From positions 367,474,001-367,538,000 of the forward strand of contig OZ024743.1 in NCBI GenBank assembly GCA_964016885.1: DNA of 64,000 nucleotides. The letters are read 5' to 3'. The notes under the pieces were generated by a model, which saw only the letters and a list, made by a program, of their open reading frames with translations, made no database searches and was not told the DNA's origin. The translations under genes and the position numbers were made by a program. Position 1 is the stretch's first letter. The number at the start of each line of letters is the position of its first letter. This DNA comes from Eledone cirrhosa (lineage: Eukaryota). Below, one piece after another: positions 29,815-43,399 of this stretch.

Positions 29815-30470
29815 TCAAGAGCTTTGGCCCCGGGCAAACATCCCCTCAATTTTGGAACCGTCTGGGTTGTCCTGAATTGATGAGAAACTTGACGGTCTTA
29901 CTCTGTGCTCCTGGTCAAGAGGCAGGTGCCTTACCTGGGACGTCACAGTTAGTGACTCTTTTGCTTCTTCCCACATTCTGGATACAGAGGTAAGGGCGAT
30001 AGCTACAGCATCCGCAGCTGAACGGAACAAAATCCTAAAATACTGTGTTCTGTCAGCTAACTACATTATCCAGCCTGTGGCATTCGAGACGTTTGGGGGA
30101 GTCGGGTTACTGACAGGGGCGTTCTTATCTTCACTGGTGGCTCACCAAACAGCGGTAACTGGTGATGCTCGTGAGGGCACTTGGTTGTTCCAGCACCTCA
30201 GCCTTGCCATCACCCCAGGTAACGCTGTGAGCATGTTGGCCTGCCTAAAAAATTATTAGAGAGGTTTCCCAGTGCTCCTCGCTATATTGTTATCTTTTGC
30301 TCTGGTAGCGTCTTGTTTTTCCATTCTTTTGTCTGCATATTGTTCTATGGGGTCTAAGATGTGGGTATTATGTGCTTGTGTATTTTTCTCTTTCTTTTTT
30401 TCCTTTCCCTTTCCTTTGTATATATTATATTTGTTAGTGTTTTCGTTCTGTAATCATTAAATGAGTTTAA
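29815..30470 (+). mobile_element. CRE-like LINE 3' fragment (restriction-like endonuclease) inside the Helitron
   Basis: LEPSGLS*IDEKLDGLTLCSWSRGRCLTWDVTVSDSFA...PVAFETFGGVG...LSLAITPGNA, then a T-rich 3' UTR. Confidence 0.7.
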
Positions 30471-30544
30471 AAAAAAAGAGTTAATAAATAAATAAAACGT
30501 TATACTTGTTTTACCCTCCCATGTCCAATTAAACCGAACGCTAT

Positions 30545-30800
30545 CATGACTGTATGCGTGTGTTTGTGTAAATGTATATGTGTGAATGTATGTATGTTTG
30601 TGTAAATGTATGTGTGAATGTATGTATATTTGTGTGAAAGTATGTGTGAATGTATGTATGTTTGTGTAAATGTATATGTATGAATGTATGTGTAGTTGTG
30701 TGAAAGTATATGTGAATGTATGTATATTTGTGTGAAAGTATGTGTGAATGTATGTATATTTGTGTGAAAGTATGTGTATTTGTGTGAATTATGTCCATGA
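30545..30800. repeat. TG/TA-rich minisatellite (~30-bp period)
   Basis: Repeats of gtatgtgtgaatgtatgtatatttgtgtgaaa. Confidence 0.85.
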
Positions 30801-32029
30801 GAGTGTATTTTTATAAGTTTGTGTTTGTGTGATTATAGTTATATACTCATACATATAGATGTATGTATGTGCACAATCATACGGGTCAGCGTGTAGAAAG
30901 TCATAATCTCTCTATCTCTCTCATCACACACCCTCTTTCTATATATATGGTGGCGATGATATACCGGAAGTGCAACTTTGAAAAGAAGTCAATTTGAAAT
31001 TATTCACTTTTTACTAAATTATTTTTGTTTACGAAATTGAGTAGATAAATTATGTAATATTCATTAATTATTTATTCAAAGTCATCCAACTTATTTTACA
31101 AACGGGATAAAAATTTAAAAAAACGTACACAATCCTGCAGACCTTCCTTTATTATAGTTTAGATTATAATATAACGGTATTTATTCTATTCTCTACAAAA
31201 GATCTATTCTACTTACTACACAGGATTCATTCTATTTATTATATAATACTGCTGTTTTATTTAGAGGAATCTGTTATTTATTGTAATGGAACATCTCTAT
31301 TCCCTCACATCAATGGATTCATTCCATTTGCTCTAAGTGACAATTCTACTTAACTGTAATAAACTTATTATATATACTGTAATGACACTGCTGTATTTAT
31401 TGTTGGTAGTTTATCATTTATTAATGAATAATCAGAGGAAAGTGTTCCCTGGAGCTAAGAATACATTATTAAACTTAAGCTAAATTACATTAAAGCTATA
31501 TTTTGATATCTGAAATTATTTTGTATAAAGATGTCAATGTTGGATACAAAAATGACAGCCTTGTGTCAAATGATTTCAATATTGATAAATTCTAAATGGT
31601 AACTTGTAAAAGAACAATAATTGTTAGAAATAAGTTCAGAATATTTTTCTTAATCTCACCATTAATTGATTAAAATTAATTTCTTGTAGTTTATGTAAGT
31701 TTATTCTATATATTCCTGTGTTTATTTTCCTACATACTTCTCAGCTGTGGCTCTTGGCAGCTTAATAACAATTCAGATTATTACAAGTTTATTTTGTATG
31801 ATTTTCAGTGATGTAAAAAAATTACATATTCAATTTTCTTTAACAATCTTTGAAACTTATAATGTCTTCTGGTTCATATTATTCTAAAAAAATACATAAA
31901 CAAAAATCTACAATTTAATATGCTGGTTAAGATCTGTATATGTATGTAACCTGTGGTACAGTAATTAAATATATACATATACACCAGGACTGAACACAAA
32001 GGAATCAAACTCCCACTGTCACTGCCTCC

Positions 32030-32610
32030 ATCTCTATCTCTCACTATTGTGAGCAAATGAGGGCCCATGTGCTGGCTGCCCCGCGGCCCTGGCGGATAGA
32101 TTAGAGAAGGCATTTCCCCGGAGGATGGTGATAGAGACACACTGGAAGAGCCATTTCAGCTCATGAGGCTCGCACCTGCAGGTAGCCAACACTGTGCTGA
32201 TAGTGATGAGTAGGGAGGTGGCCCTAGGGCCAGGGATTCCAGAAGTCTCCACTGCTATGGGCTCAACTGCAAACCTGTCAGAAGTGACCGATATTTGGAG
32301 AATTTACCCTCTTCAGCCCAAAGTGCAGCAGAATCTGTGTTAGTCACAGACTGCACCAGGTTGCTGTTGGAGAATGTGTCACTGCATGTGGCTTCCCAGA
32401 TGAGGGGTTTACCACTGCGGAACGGGAAGATAGTCATTCTGTCTGGCCTTTTGCCACCCCCTCTGTCTAACCCTGCCAGCTCGAACTCAGAGGGGAAGCC
32501 TGCAGCATTCAAGCTATGCTTTATGACCTTGTTGAGAGCAATATGGCATCGAAGGTGGTGAGCACTGTAGCAACAGGACACTGGTTGGAGGCCGAAAGAG
32601 TCTATGGTGG
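32030..32610 (-). mobile_element. CRE-like LINE 3' fragment
   Basis: HIALNKVIKHSLNAAGFPSEFELAGLDRGGGKRPDRMTIFPFRSGKPLIWEATCSDTF...ETSGIPG...SITILRGNA. Confidence 0.78.
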
Positions 32611-34459
32611 AGGATAAAAATAAGAAAAATGTCTATGTAAGTAATGCTTGGAGAAATTCTCATCTTAAAGTAAAATTCCTCATTACATACAAACAAATAC
32701 TAAATTAAAGATAAACATCTAATATTGTATGCTTTAAGTTTGTATGTTTTAAAAGTTTCTAGTGATATTTTACTGGAGTCATATATCCACATTTTAACCA
32801 AAACAGTTGTGAAGATATATTAAAACTCCTTTGTCACTGGAAGATATTTGAGTCTTGAACAGTTGTTGATACTAAGCAAGGTGTATTTATGTTCTACTAT
32901 TGAATATTTCTGAAGACAGGCGCTATCTTTCACTTAGTGCAAAATCTAAACATGACTATAAGACTGAAGAATCCTTCTCTACTGCTGTGCACCTTTCAAG
33001 TTACTAAATTAATCTCATCTTCAACATTCTACTTTTTCCTTTCCTAAACAACATCTAGCTGGAATCTCCTAGCTTTCAATATATTTCTACCATCTACTAA
33101 ACTTCAACACTAATCTCCTCTTGCTATGGCTGCTTATACTATTATTTCCCTTTAAGAAATCGCCTATAAATTTAGAGTATTCTGGGTACAGTGATAGATG
33201 GTTGATTTAAGTTCAAAGAAGTAAATAAAAAATTAAACAAAACAACTAATCTGATATAAATGTAAAAAATAAGAACAAAAAATATAAGCTTACAAATTCC
33301 TTCAACTGTATTTAGTTGTAATCTAGGGTGTAGATGTATTAATACTATTGATTCCATCAGCACCAAACACAATCAATTCTAATTAGTAGAGTGTCATATC
33401 GATAATTTAATGGACATTTTCTCTCAGCAATCTAATTTCATCAGAAAACTCTAAAGTGTATTTTGCATCACCAGAAAAACACAACTTAAGTAAAATGCCC
33501 AAATTAGTTTGCTATCATATTAGCAAATAACTATGAAAAGAAATGAAGATCTATGATACCATTACACTTTTTTAATTCAATGAAATCATTAAAAATATGT
33601 AGTCATGCACAGAAAATTAATAGTCTTTTGACAGAGTTGCTGATTCATCAATTATTCATAGACTTACTTTTTGTTTTGCCAAGTTAATTTTTCAATTCAT
33701 TAGATGCCAAAAATATTTTGATAGCTATCAGTTTGAGGTAAAAATAATTTCAAAGTTTAAATTCTATACAGCATGTAAATTAAAAGGCATACATCATCTA
33801 AACTTTACAAAGATTAATGAGTGAATATGAAATATTAGGATCCTAATGTCGATTGTGAAATTTTAGGATTAGTTTGGCTCTCTGACAAACCAAATGAAAA
33901 TAGATCAAAATATATATATTTTTATGAAAATACAGTTTGACTCAATGATTTATTTGATTTCTTTCAGAACTTTGTGACCTGCAGGCATTCTAGTGTTGGA
34001 AGGTTAAGAATATTATGATAATATGACTATATTTATTATTACAGTAAGCAATTTGAGGAAATAACTTTCCACCATATTCAGTGCATCATTTATCCAATAT
34101 AAACAATAGCCAATCCAATACAATGTCATTATTTTCTGTTCTATAGTGATCTCATTTGGATTAGCTTTTCATTTTAGTGAAATATTGGGCATTAATCCAA
34201 ACAGTCTAGTGTGAAAATAATCTCTGCCAACAGATCTGGCGTGCTGATAATCTCTGATTCAACAGATGTCATACAAACATAACCCTTAGTTACAACAGTT
34301 TTGATGAAAACATACAATGTGTAAATCATATTGCATATTTATATCATAGAAATGACTAGCCTCACTACAAAAATAATTTATTTTCACAAACAATTTTTCA
34401 AGAAAAATTCTGAAGTTTGAAATTTCAAAATATATTTATAGAAATAATGAAGGACTTAT

Positions 34460-35250
34460 TTCCAAGCCAAGCTTTGTAAGCCTTCTTCTTTGCTTGGATG
34501 GCATCTTTGACGTGAAGGTGATCTCGAGCCATCGATAGGTTTGATGCCGAGTGCTGCATGGCTGGAATGAAAATCAGAGCTATGAAAACTGAGACATTCG
34601 TCCTCTCAAGGAAGCCTGTGCAGTGCATTCTACATGTTAATGGAGTTTTATTGAAGCAGGTAGAGAAGTTCAAGTATCTCAGAGCCATGTTCACAAGTGA
34701 TGGAAGGCAAGAGGCTGAATTAAGTGCAAGAATTGCAGGAGCTGGTGCAGTAATGCATCAGCTTCAGCATTCGGTAATCAGAAGGTAGGTGTAAAAGCCA
34801 AACTTGCTATCTTCAATTCAGTATTCTTGCTAACCCTTACCTATGGTCAAGAATCTTGGGTGATGACCAAAAGAATATGATCGTGAATACAAGTGGCTGA
34901 AATGGGGTTCCTCCAAAGGGTCTTTGGAGTAATGTTACTCAATAGAGAGAGTTACTTCAGGTAGAGCCGCTACTTCTCTGAATTGAGAGATCACAGCTCC
35001 GATATTATGGGCATGTGGTTCAGAATGTCTCAGGAAAGAATCGCTGGACATATTTTATGGAAAAAACCAGCTGGCAGAAGGCTCAGGGGTAGACCCTGAG
35101 CAAGATGGTTCGATCATATCCATGAGCTTGGGGATCCAGCCAGATCAGTTGGAGATGGTTGCTTCTGACAGGATCCACTGGAAAGAGTGTTTGAGGACTC
35201 TGCCCCCATGACCCTCTCAAGAAGAAGAAGAAGAAGGAGAAGAAGAAGAA
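34460..35250 (+). mobile_element. RTE-like LINE 3' fragment
   Basis: AGMKIRAMKTETFVLSRKP..LKQVEKFKYL..FTSDG; ends in (GAA)n. Related pieces at 37690-38090 (+, APE: QVYAPN...DFNALVG) and 63310-63720 (-). Confidence 0.8.
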
Positions 35251-35367
35251 GAAATAATGAGGCTTGGTACTTTGTAAAAGATTAAGCAATTGCAGTGTAT
35301 CAAAATGTTTTGTTAGTTTTTTATAAAATATGATGTAAAAAGTATATATTTATATATAGGAACTAAC

Positions 35368-35466
35368 CCGATCAAACCAGCTCTTGTAAAGTCTGTCCCA
35401 CACTTCTAGGACTTCTTTTTCTATATGAGTGTTGTTCCCCCCCCTGCCTTGAACAGCATCTCGGAT
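35368..35466 (-). CDS. TMEM245: TMEM245-like internal exon D (99 bp)
   Basis: tgtttgtag|ATC...CGG|gttagt. Translates IRDAVQGRGGNNTHIEKEVLEVWDRLYKSWFDR, close to TMEM245 IEKQVLELWDRLYHSWF. Too short to appear in the ORF track. Confidence 0.92.
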
Positions 35467-37295
35467 CTACAAACACAAGATAACACATATATTATTCAAT
35501 TCAATTCAATTTATTGTAAATTCAATTTATAAAATATCATTTCTAAAATAAAGTTGATTATATCTTGCTTTCTCTTTATAAATTTCCCATCACTTCAAAA
35601 TAAACAGAAAAGAGAAGACCTCAAAAGAAATGAAATTGTGCTAGATTAAAGAAACTAACTTCTTTTGAGTGAAAAATAAAATATGACAAGATTAATCAGG
35701 AAATGTTCAAATGATAATATGAGTATGACTTGCATTAATAAATGAGGCTTTAGCTCTGAATCCTATACATTAATTTGCAGCAAACAATTTCTACTTTTCT
35801 AAATGTTTAAATATCTAACATGACTCATTGTTATTAAGATTATATTTATTATGGCTTACCTTGTCTTTACAGTACATATGATATAGCTATGACATATAGT
35901 TATGCTATATTTTGATTAGTTCTATATTTGTTCATTATAAGGAACCTTATTATTGAATATGTAAACACTCCAAGACTGAATTTGAACTAGAAACTTTTAT
36001 TTCTAAAATAAAAATAGTAATGACTTTATCCACATGCTCTTGTGGTTTAGTGAATAATGGCATTATTACACTTAGTATAGAATAAAAGTTCTAGTATAAA
36101 TCCAGTCTATGCTACATGTACATATTCAGGAATAAAACACCTGATCTCGAGTAAAAGTTGTGTCAATACCCTTTACAGGCTCTCTGCGACTGGTGAGACT
36201 GACATGATAGAAGTAGAAAAAATTTGGACAAGAGAAGAAGGAGTGGTCAATATGATTAATGTGGAGCTTGAGAGGTGTGGATGCAATATTTGTTTTTGAT
36301 TCCTGTAACTAGTGCAGCCAGTCACTTGGATATCACTCTAAACGTTTGACTGTGTCCATCATGGCATTTCAGTGGACCTTAGAAATGCTTAGCAGTGCCC
36401 ATCTCCTGTCAAGTATTTTCTGGCATTGAAGTGGAAGGTCAGTGTTTGCTATGATGAAGATGTGAGGTTACTTGGAAAGATCATCAGTGATGGTGAGGCT
36501 AAGCATTTGTATGTAGATATCTATTGTAAAATTATATTCTAAAGATGCAATTGATAACCCAGAAAATTACAATCTTCAGTTTCTATTTCTAGATTTATAT
36601 ATCTCTGTGGAGCTAGTTGACTGTCTAAAGCAGAAGAAAAGCATAATATTAGACTCTTTATGTTGTTGAGTTCACTGTTTTAGGTTCAAATTCTTTTAAA
36701 GTTTAAATCTTTTGATTTTTGTAGTTTTCTATGCCAACTACTTTCCATGATATGCTGTTCTTAACAAGGTTGTTAGATATGGCTTGCATGTTGTTTTCTA
36801 TCACAGCTGGAACTGGGAAGATTAAACAGGGGGATGACTAAAAAAAATATATAACATTGCAATTTTCCTGTTCCAAGATGATGATCCCCTTATTTTCTCC
36901 AGTGATAAGCTGGTGAAATCAGCTTCAATCCTAGGTCTCATCACCTGACAGGCTGATTAAGTACCAGCTCTTCTCTGATAGGATTCTTGTTAAAGCCATT
37001 GTGGTAGAAATATCTGCTGTCCTGGGTTCCTGAACCTCTCTACACACTACAATTCCTTTGCTGTCCTCTGAGATAATGCATTCAACATTCTATTCACATG
37101 ATAAGTAAAGTGATGACAGCTTAACTTCTTGTATGCTCATTCTTTTCTTAATTAAAGATTAACAGATTAGGTGATAACAAAAAGGTTTCACAAGCCACTA
37201 CCGCAGCCTCCCTAGTAGTTGTTCAACCTGAAAGAAATATCACCCAAATTTCTCCCAAATTACACTTTACCTTCTTAATAAAGGTCATATATAAT

Positions 37296-37465
37296 AATTG
37301 TTTCTACTTTTGGCACAAGACCAGAAATTATCCTAGTGTATTACTGGTACTTTATTTTATCGACCCTGTAAGGATGAAAGGCAAAGTTAACCTCAGCGAG
37401 ATTTGAACTCAGAATGGCAAGGGCCGTATCTCTTTGCTGCAAAGCATGGCGTCAGACCCTCTAAT
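37296..37465 (-). mobile_element. SINE, same family
   Basis: Sequence match to 1316-1500. Confidence 0.85.
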
Positions 37466-39249
37466 GGAGGCTTGATATATTCATAACACAAATCTCCAGT
37501 AAATTTTTAATGCAATCTCACCAGTAGAATTGAACAGTAAGACACAACAATAGAACTAAGACCTAGACTTTATTTTCTTTCAGCTCTACACATAAAGTCA
37601 GAAAAATATCAAAGAGCTTAGAGACAATAACAAAATTAATTATTAATCTCTGTCCCTGATTTCCTTTATACTATGTATATTTATGGATACCTCTTTACTA
37701 GAAGGTGTTCATATTAAAGAATCCATTGTGAGAACAGAAGTCTAATAAGGCCTCTCTTGTTTGAAAAATATATTGCGGTCTCCATTTTATGCAGTAAAAA
37801 TTGGCAATGGATGCTCAAAGATTGCATATCTTGAGACCCCAAAAAGAGTTTGGAAGGGAAGATTTGTGTCTTTAAGTTTAGGCTGAAAGACAAGTCTCTG
37901 TATGTAGGATGCAAGTTTATGCACCAAACACAAAATCTGAATACAGATGCTTCATTGATGAAGTCACTGCAGTGTTAGATGTAGTTAATACTGAGTCATA
38001 TACCCTAATGAAAGACTTCAATGCACTTGTTGGCACTGACCACTTGTCATGGAAAGGAATGAGTGGAAGAAATGGCGATCTCGATCTAAAACAATATTAA
38101 TTACTTAGTTATTAAAATAGTAACTTAACATATGGTTCTCATAAAATTATGCTAGATTTTAATTTAAATAGCAATCTTTTAAAATGGGTAGTTTCGATTC
38201 ATAAAACCAGAGCCAGTTTTGGTCAAATTGATATCAAATGGATTAAGCAATATTAAATATTCCACACTTTTTTTTCTAGATATATTATAGAAGTGAAAAT
38301 AAATAAAGGTAAGGACCCCATGAACAATTAACTCATTGTCTTAATTCAACTTGACTTATTTATTATGAAAATATAGTACAAACATATATGTTTGTATGGC
38401 TTCTATATGTCTCCCCCAAAATCTGAACACTTTGTTTAAACTATCTTACAGTTAAATATTCTGACTAACAGTAAGCATGAAGTGACTGTGAAATATGGTA
38501 ACTTAGTGATTAAAGAAGTAAACAGTTGGCATAAAAACCATAAATTCAATTCCTACTATAGGCAGTACATTGTGCTTGTAGACAAAGCAGATTAATCTAC
38601 TTAACTCTGTATATCTAGAGGCAAGGTTCCTACACTAACTTAGATGTATATGTTTTATTTTTTATTGAGAAATTCTTAGATTCTTTATTTTTTCTTTTCT
38701 GTTTTACTGACTTCCAATGGTGAAACATGTAATATCTCACACACTTCCTTCCTTTCAGACATCATGATGGATGGTACTTTTCAACCAGAAGTCTCAGAAG
38801 ACTCTGATCTTGAATAAACTTAAACTATCAGTATTATTTAGAGAAATAGTCATTCATCTCATTGACAAAACCTCCAACATCATCAATCTTCACACCTTCA
38901 TACATCATAAGTCTGTCTTTTCCTTTGTCTCTCCTATTGTTAATTCAAGGAGTATGTTTTACTGAACTTACTATAAAGACTATTGAGAGAGACTACTGGG
39001 AAGATCAATATGCTAGAAATAGCAGCTAAAATTTCCTCAAATCACACTCTACTGTCTTATACAAAGACATGGCAGATTAGATAATAATCTCACCCTTTAA
39101 AGACTATATAACTATATTACGGCTGGAATACCTTTGACCACAGTTCTGTTTGGTCAAGGTCAATCTGAAGCTGAACAGCAACAAGTTATTAGATAAATTT
39201 ACAGGATTAACTTTCTGAATCAATTTCTTACCTCTCTAATAATTAAAGC

Positions 39250-39830
39250 CTGTCAATTTAAATGTATAACAGTTTAAATGTGTAACTATTTAACAGTTCA
39301 AATGCTTACTAGTTTCATTTTTTTAATATTTAGATTTAGATATTTAACAGTTTAACTATCTTACATTTATCTTTATCAGTTTAAATGCCTAACAATTGAA
39401 ATATCTAACAGCTTAAATGTTCACTTGTTTAAAATATAACTGTTTAGATATTTAACAGTTTAAATGTTTAGCAGCTTAAAATTATAACTGTTAAGTTATC
39501 TGTTTAAAATGTTTAAGAGCTTAAAACTATAACTGCCTAAATACTTAACAGTTTAAATGTGTAAGAGCTTAAATATAAAACTTGAAATTGTCTAACTGTT
39601 TAAATCTCTATGAAAGTTTGATAAGTTCACTTTCTATGAAGAGTGAGGGCTCTTCTATGAATTCTCCTTTGGACTCATTATTGTTGACACAACAGTCGTC
39701 TATGATTTCATTCTGTTTAAACTAAAACTGTTTATATGTCTAACAGTTTGTTTAGGTATCTAACAATCACTATATTCAACTGCTTAAAGTCTTAGTAGTT
39801 TAAGTGTATGGCTATTTAGATATCTAATTG
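39250..39830. repeat. Degenerate ~18-bp AT-rich tandem repeat
   Basis: Recurrent taacagtttaaatgt-like units. Confidence 0.7.
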
Positions 39831-42520
39831 TTAAAATTCTCCATTAAATATAAATATCCCTCATCATTTTTCCTGGAAATTATTCTAAAATGCCTCTCTA
39901 CTTCTTTAAAACACTAACATTTAAAATTTAACTGCACTAACATGATTAAATCTATCTAGTCCCTGTTATCTTTTAGATGACAGCAAAAATATCATCAATA
40001 ACAAAACAATGTAGTCAAACAAATTACATTAATCTCCACTACAAACTGGGATTAGATCAACTTCAGCAAATCAACATCAGAAAAATCAATGAAGAAATAT
40101 TTTAGCCAGTTAAGGTTAAGTCTGTTTTCTCAGCTCCACGGCTGAACAGTTAAGTAATTAGTCAAAATCAATTAGTTGAACAGCTCTCATTTCTTTCAAA
40201 AGAAAAATGGAGAGGAGGAAATTATCAGAAACATTTTTATATTTATCCATGTTTTTATTTAATTTTCAGTTCATTTGTATCAAAGTGTGGAATGAACGAG
40301 AGATTTCCAAAATTATTGAAGAATAATTTGAAGATAATAACAACAAAAACAAACAAAATTCAAGCCAGTCTTTTCATGAGTGATTATGCTCTGGGTTATA
40401 ATAATGATTGACAAAAGAAATCAATAATATTGAGAACATCCTGTCATTTCTCTTTCTTTCAGGAAATTTTGTTTTCTTCTTCAGTAAACTAATGTCAGAA
40501 TATACAAATTGAGCATCCTTCAACTTAACATCTGAAAACACTAAAATATAAAACGACTTAAAAAGTTTTCTAAAAACATTTCATTTTTCTCTTTTCATTT
40601 TTTCGTTTTTTTTTTATTTATAGAACATCTGCTAAATGCTTTGTTTGCAAGTATTATTGAACAGAGATCATATATTTATTTAGATTATAAGTAGTATTGA
40701 ACTAGATATAAATGATAGATATATTCCTATCATTGAAGATATGACACCAAGAAGAGGGAAAAAATTTGAGAGAAACAATATAAAACCATTCTTAGTTTTC
40801 AGCAAATGAAAATTTGACTTTCACAGACAGCAATGATGGTAGGCATATGTAAAGTAACGTGTGTGAGTATATATGTTTGTATGTATATGTAAATATATGC
40901 GCCTACTAGTCTGTGAGGAGAAGTTTTGTTTTTGTTATCAGTAGTATTTTATATTCAATCAATATTTAATATGATCAGACTAGGCATTAATCTTGGCAGA
41001 AGATTAATCAGGTAGTACTTCAGTATTCAGACATGGTAATCGAAAGGCACTAAATTGTCAGCTTTGTGCTGCCAAGCATTTAATGATGTAGAGACAAATA
41101 TAAAGAAAGGAAAAATTATTTTCTTTATATTTTAAAAAGATAGTGATAATAAAATCCGCATTGAAAGGCAAAAGTGTAATTCTTGGGCTTGTACATGGGG
41201 AAACATCATTCTTATAGGACATTTTCACACACACAACACACACACAAAATCATATTCTACCCAATGTTAGCATCTGAGAAATTTTTGGATGCTATTACTA
41301 TAGCTTCTTGCATTTTGGAGTAGTGATAAACAAAACTGAAATGGCTTCTTTAAAATATGCACAAAGTGAATTTGTGCAAGATTGCTTATATCAAGTAACC
41401 AGAACTTTCTATCAAACATGTTGGCATGAGGCAAAAGGAATCATGCTTGTAGCTTAACTAGACAACTTACTTTAATAATGTCAGTAAATACATCAGATTG
41501 ACTGAGAACTCCTACTTCAGCAACTCATATCAGAACAGCTAATGAAATAAAACAGTGATAGGTTCTAGCTTATAGGTTTAACATCTCTTAAATAGAAACA
41601 TAAGCAAAGATATGTCAGCTTATCACATTCAATTGATGACATAAATATTTCCAAGGTTATTATCCATTTCTTACTTTAGAGCCCATGTCACAAATGTTAC
41701 ATGAAGTGGAGAAGAATAACATTTAGCAATATTTGATAGCTTCTGTCAGAAATAAAACTAGCTTGTGTAGTCAGCTCACTATATTGTGATAAAAATATAA
41801 AACCAAGAGAATGATTTTGTGGCTGAATATTAAATTTAGTGTTACATGATTTTTCATTTGTGTCTGGTATTCTACCATAAATAGAACCTGTAATAACGAT
41901 TTTGAAAAGCTTTAGCCTATAATAAAACATACTAATTAGAAGCTGTTAATTTCATTATTGAGTTTGTTTTAAACTTCAAACATTCACAATATTTTTCTAA
42001 GCAACGCAAGTTAGAAATAACATTATTAATCCATGAATAGTATGAATCAATATTACTAATTGATGGATAATTCAATATCTAAATCATCTGATAAATATAA
42101 GTTAGTGTTTGAACTACAGCTAATTATCTCTTGAAAATATTGGTCCTTCTCACATATTCATCAATTTTAAGCAATAATGAACATGCCTTGTACTTAGATG
42201 ACTGGCTGTCTGGGAAACATATTTCGGTTTTATAAAGAAATATATAATAGTAAGAAAAATATAGAAACGGATGGAAGATTTAAGTAAAATGAAATTAGAT
42301 TAAAACTCAGTAGACACACTTTATGAGTATCATCAATCATTGCATAAAGACACAAGAAAACAAAAATGTCGAGATATTTTTCAAGAAAAAAAGATGAATA
42401 TGTATGTATATGTACACATATAAGTAGATGTATTTTTGTAAGCAGCTCAGTTTATATGTGAATAAGGTACAAGATTTAGATGCATAGACTTGAGTTCAAA
42501 CCTAACTAACATTTTAAATA

Positions 42521-42713
42521 TGAGGGTCAGCTGAAAGGTTCATAGGCTGACTATGAAGGATTGATGCTAGAGCTGTGAAATCGTGCATGTATTAATTTCA
42601 ACTCTTCTTATTATTAACTGCATTGTTTCTTTTCAGGGACTATGATGAACAATAAATTTGATCATTCCATGAGAGTATCTTGGTCAGTCTATGAAGTTTT
42701 CAGCTGACCCTCA
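42521..42713. mobile_element. Tc1/mariner-type MITE
   Basis: TA|TGAGGGTCAGCTGAAAGGTTCATAGGCTGAC ... GTCAGTCTATGAAGTTTTCAGCTGACCCTCA|TA: ~31-bp TIRs and a TA TSD. Confidence 0.85.
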
Positions 42714-42929
42714 TAACATATTAAAAACAAATTATGTGTATGTCATATTTAGTTAACAATACATTGTTGGTTACATTTCTAGTGACAAGGAATTGTATGT
42801 ATCAGAACAAATATCACTGGCCTCATACAGTTACATACAACATGGGGTAAGCTGATCTGTTAGAAATAGCAGCCCATATCGCCCTCAACTCATGCCCTTA
42901 AATATTAAAGGACACAATGGATAATGTAG

Positions 42930-42969
<40 letters not shown>

Positions 42970-43399
42970 GCTGACTTCATACCTCGTGTGCTAAATAAAT
43001 CATCATCATCATCATTGTTTAACGTCTATCTTCCACACTAGCATGGGTTAGACGGGAATTGTCCCACTTGAGTCAAGATTGCTTGGGTGACCGTGTCTCG
43101 CTCGTATAGGACTGTCTAGCAGGTTTTCTATGGCTGGATGCCCTTCCTAACATCAACCACATTTACAGTGTGACTGGGAGGTTTTTATCCTGTTACCTAC
43201 ATGGCCACATTACAGCATGGACTGTGTATTTTTTTTGTTGTGACACCTACACAACCTCATTTATTTGGACTGGATGTTGTGGTACCAACATAACCTTACA
43301 GAGAAAGGGTGGTGTTGGTGTGAGTGGGAGGGTGGAGTAGGGGTAGTTGGTTCGGGTGTATATTTGGTTAAGAGGTGCCTACTGACTGTAGGTTTCGCT

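Larger units (their letters stand above)
28857..31163 (-). mobile_element. Non-autonomous Helitron
   Basis: Minus strand starts A|TCTAAACTATAATAAAG and ends ...AAAAACCACC-TGAA-GGGCGGTTTTTCTG-CTAG|T. 5'-TC and 3'-CTAG termini, subterminal hairpin, AT target, no TSD. Confidence 0.75.
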
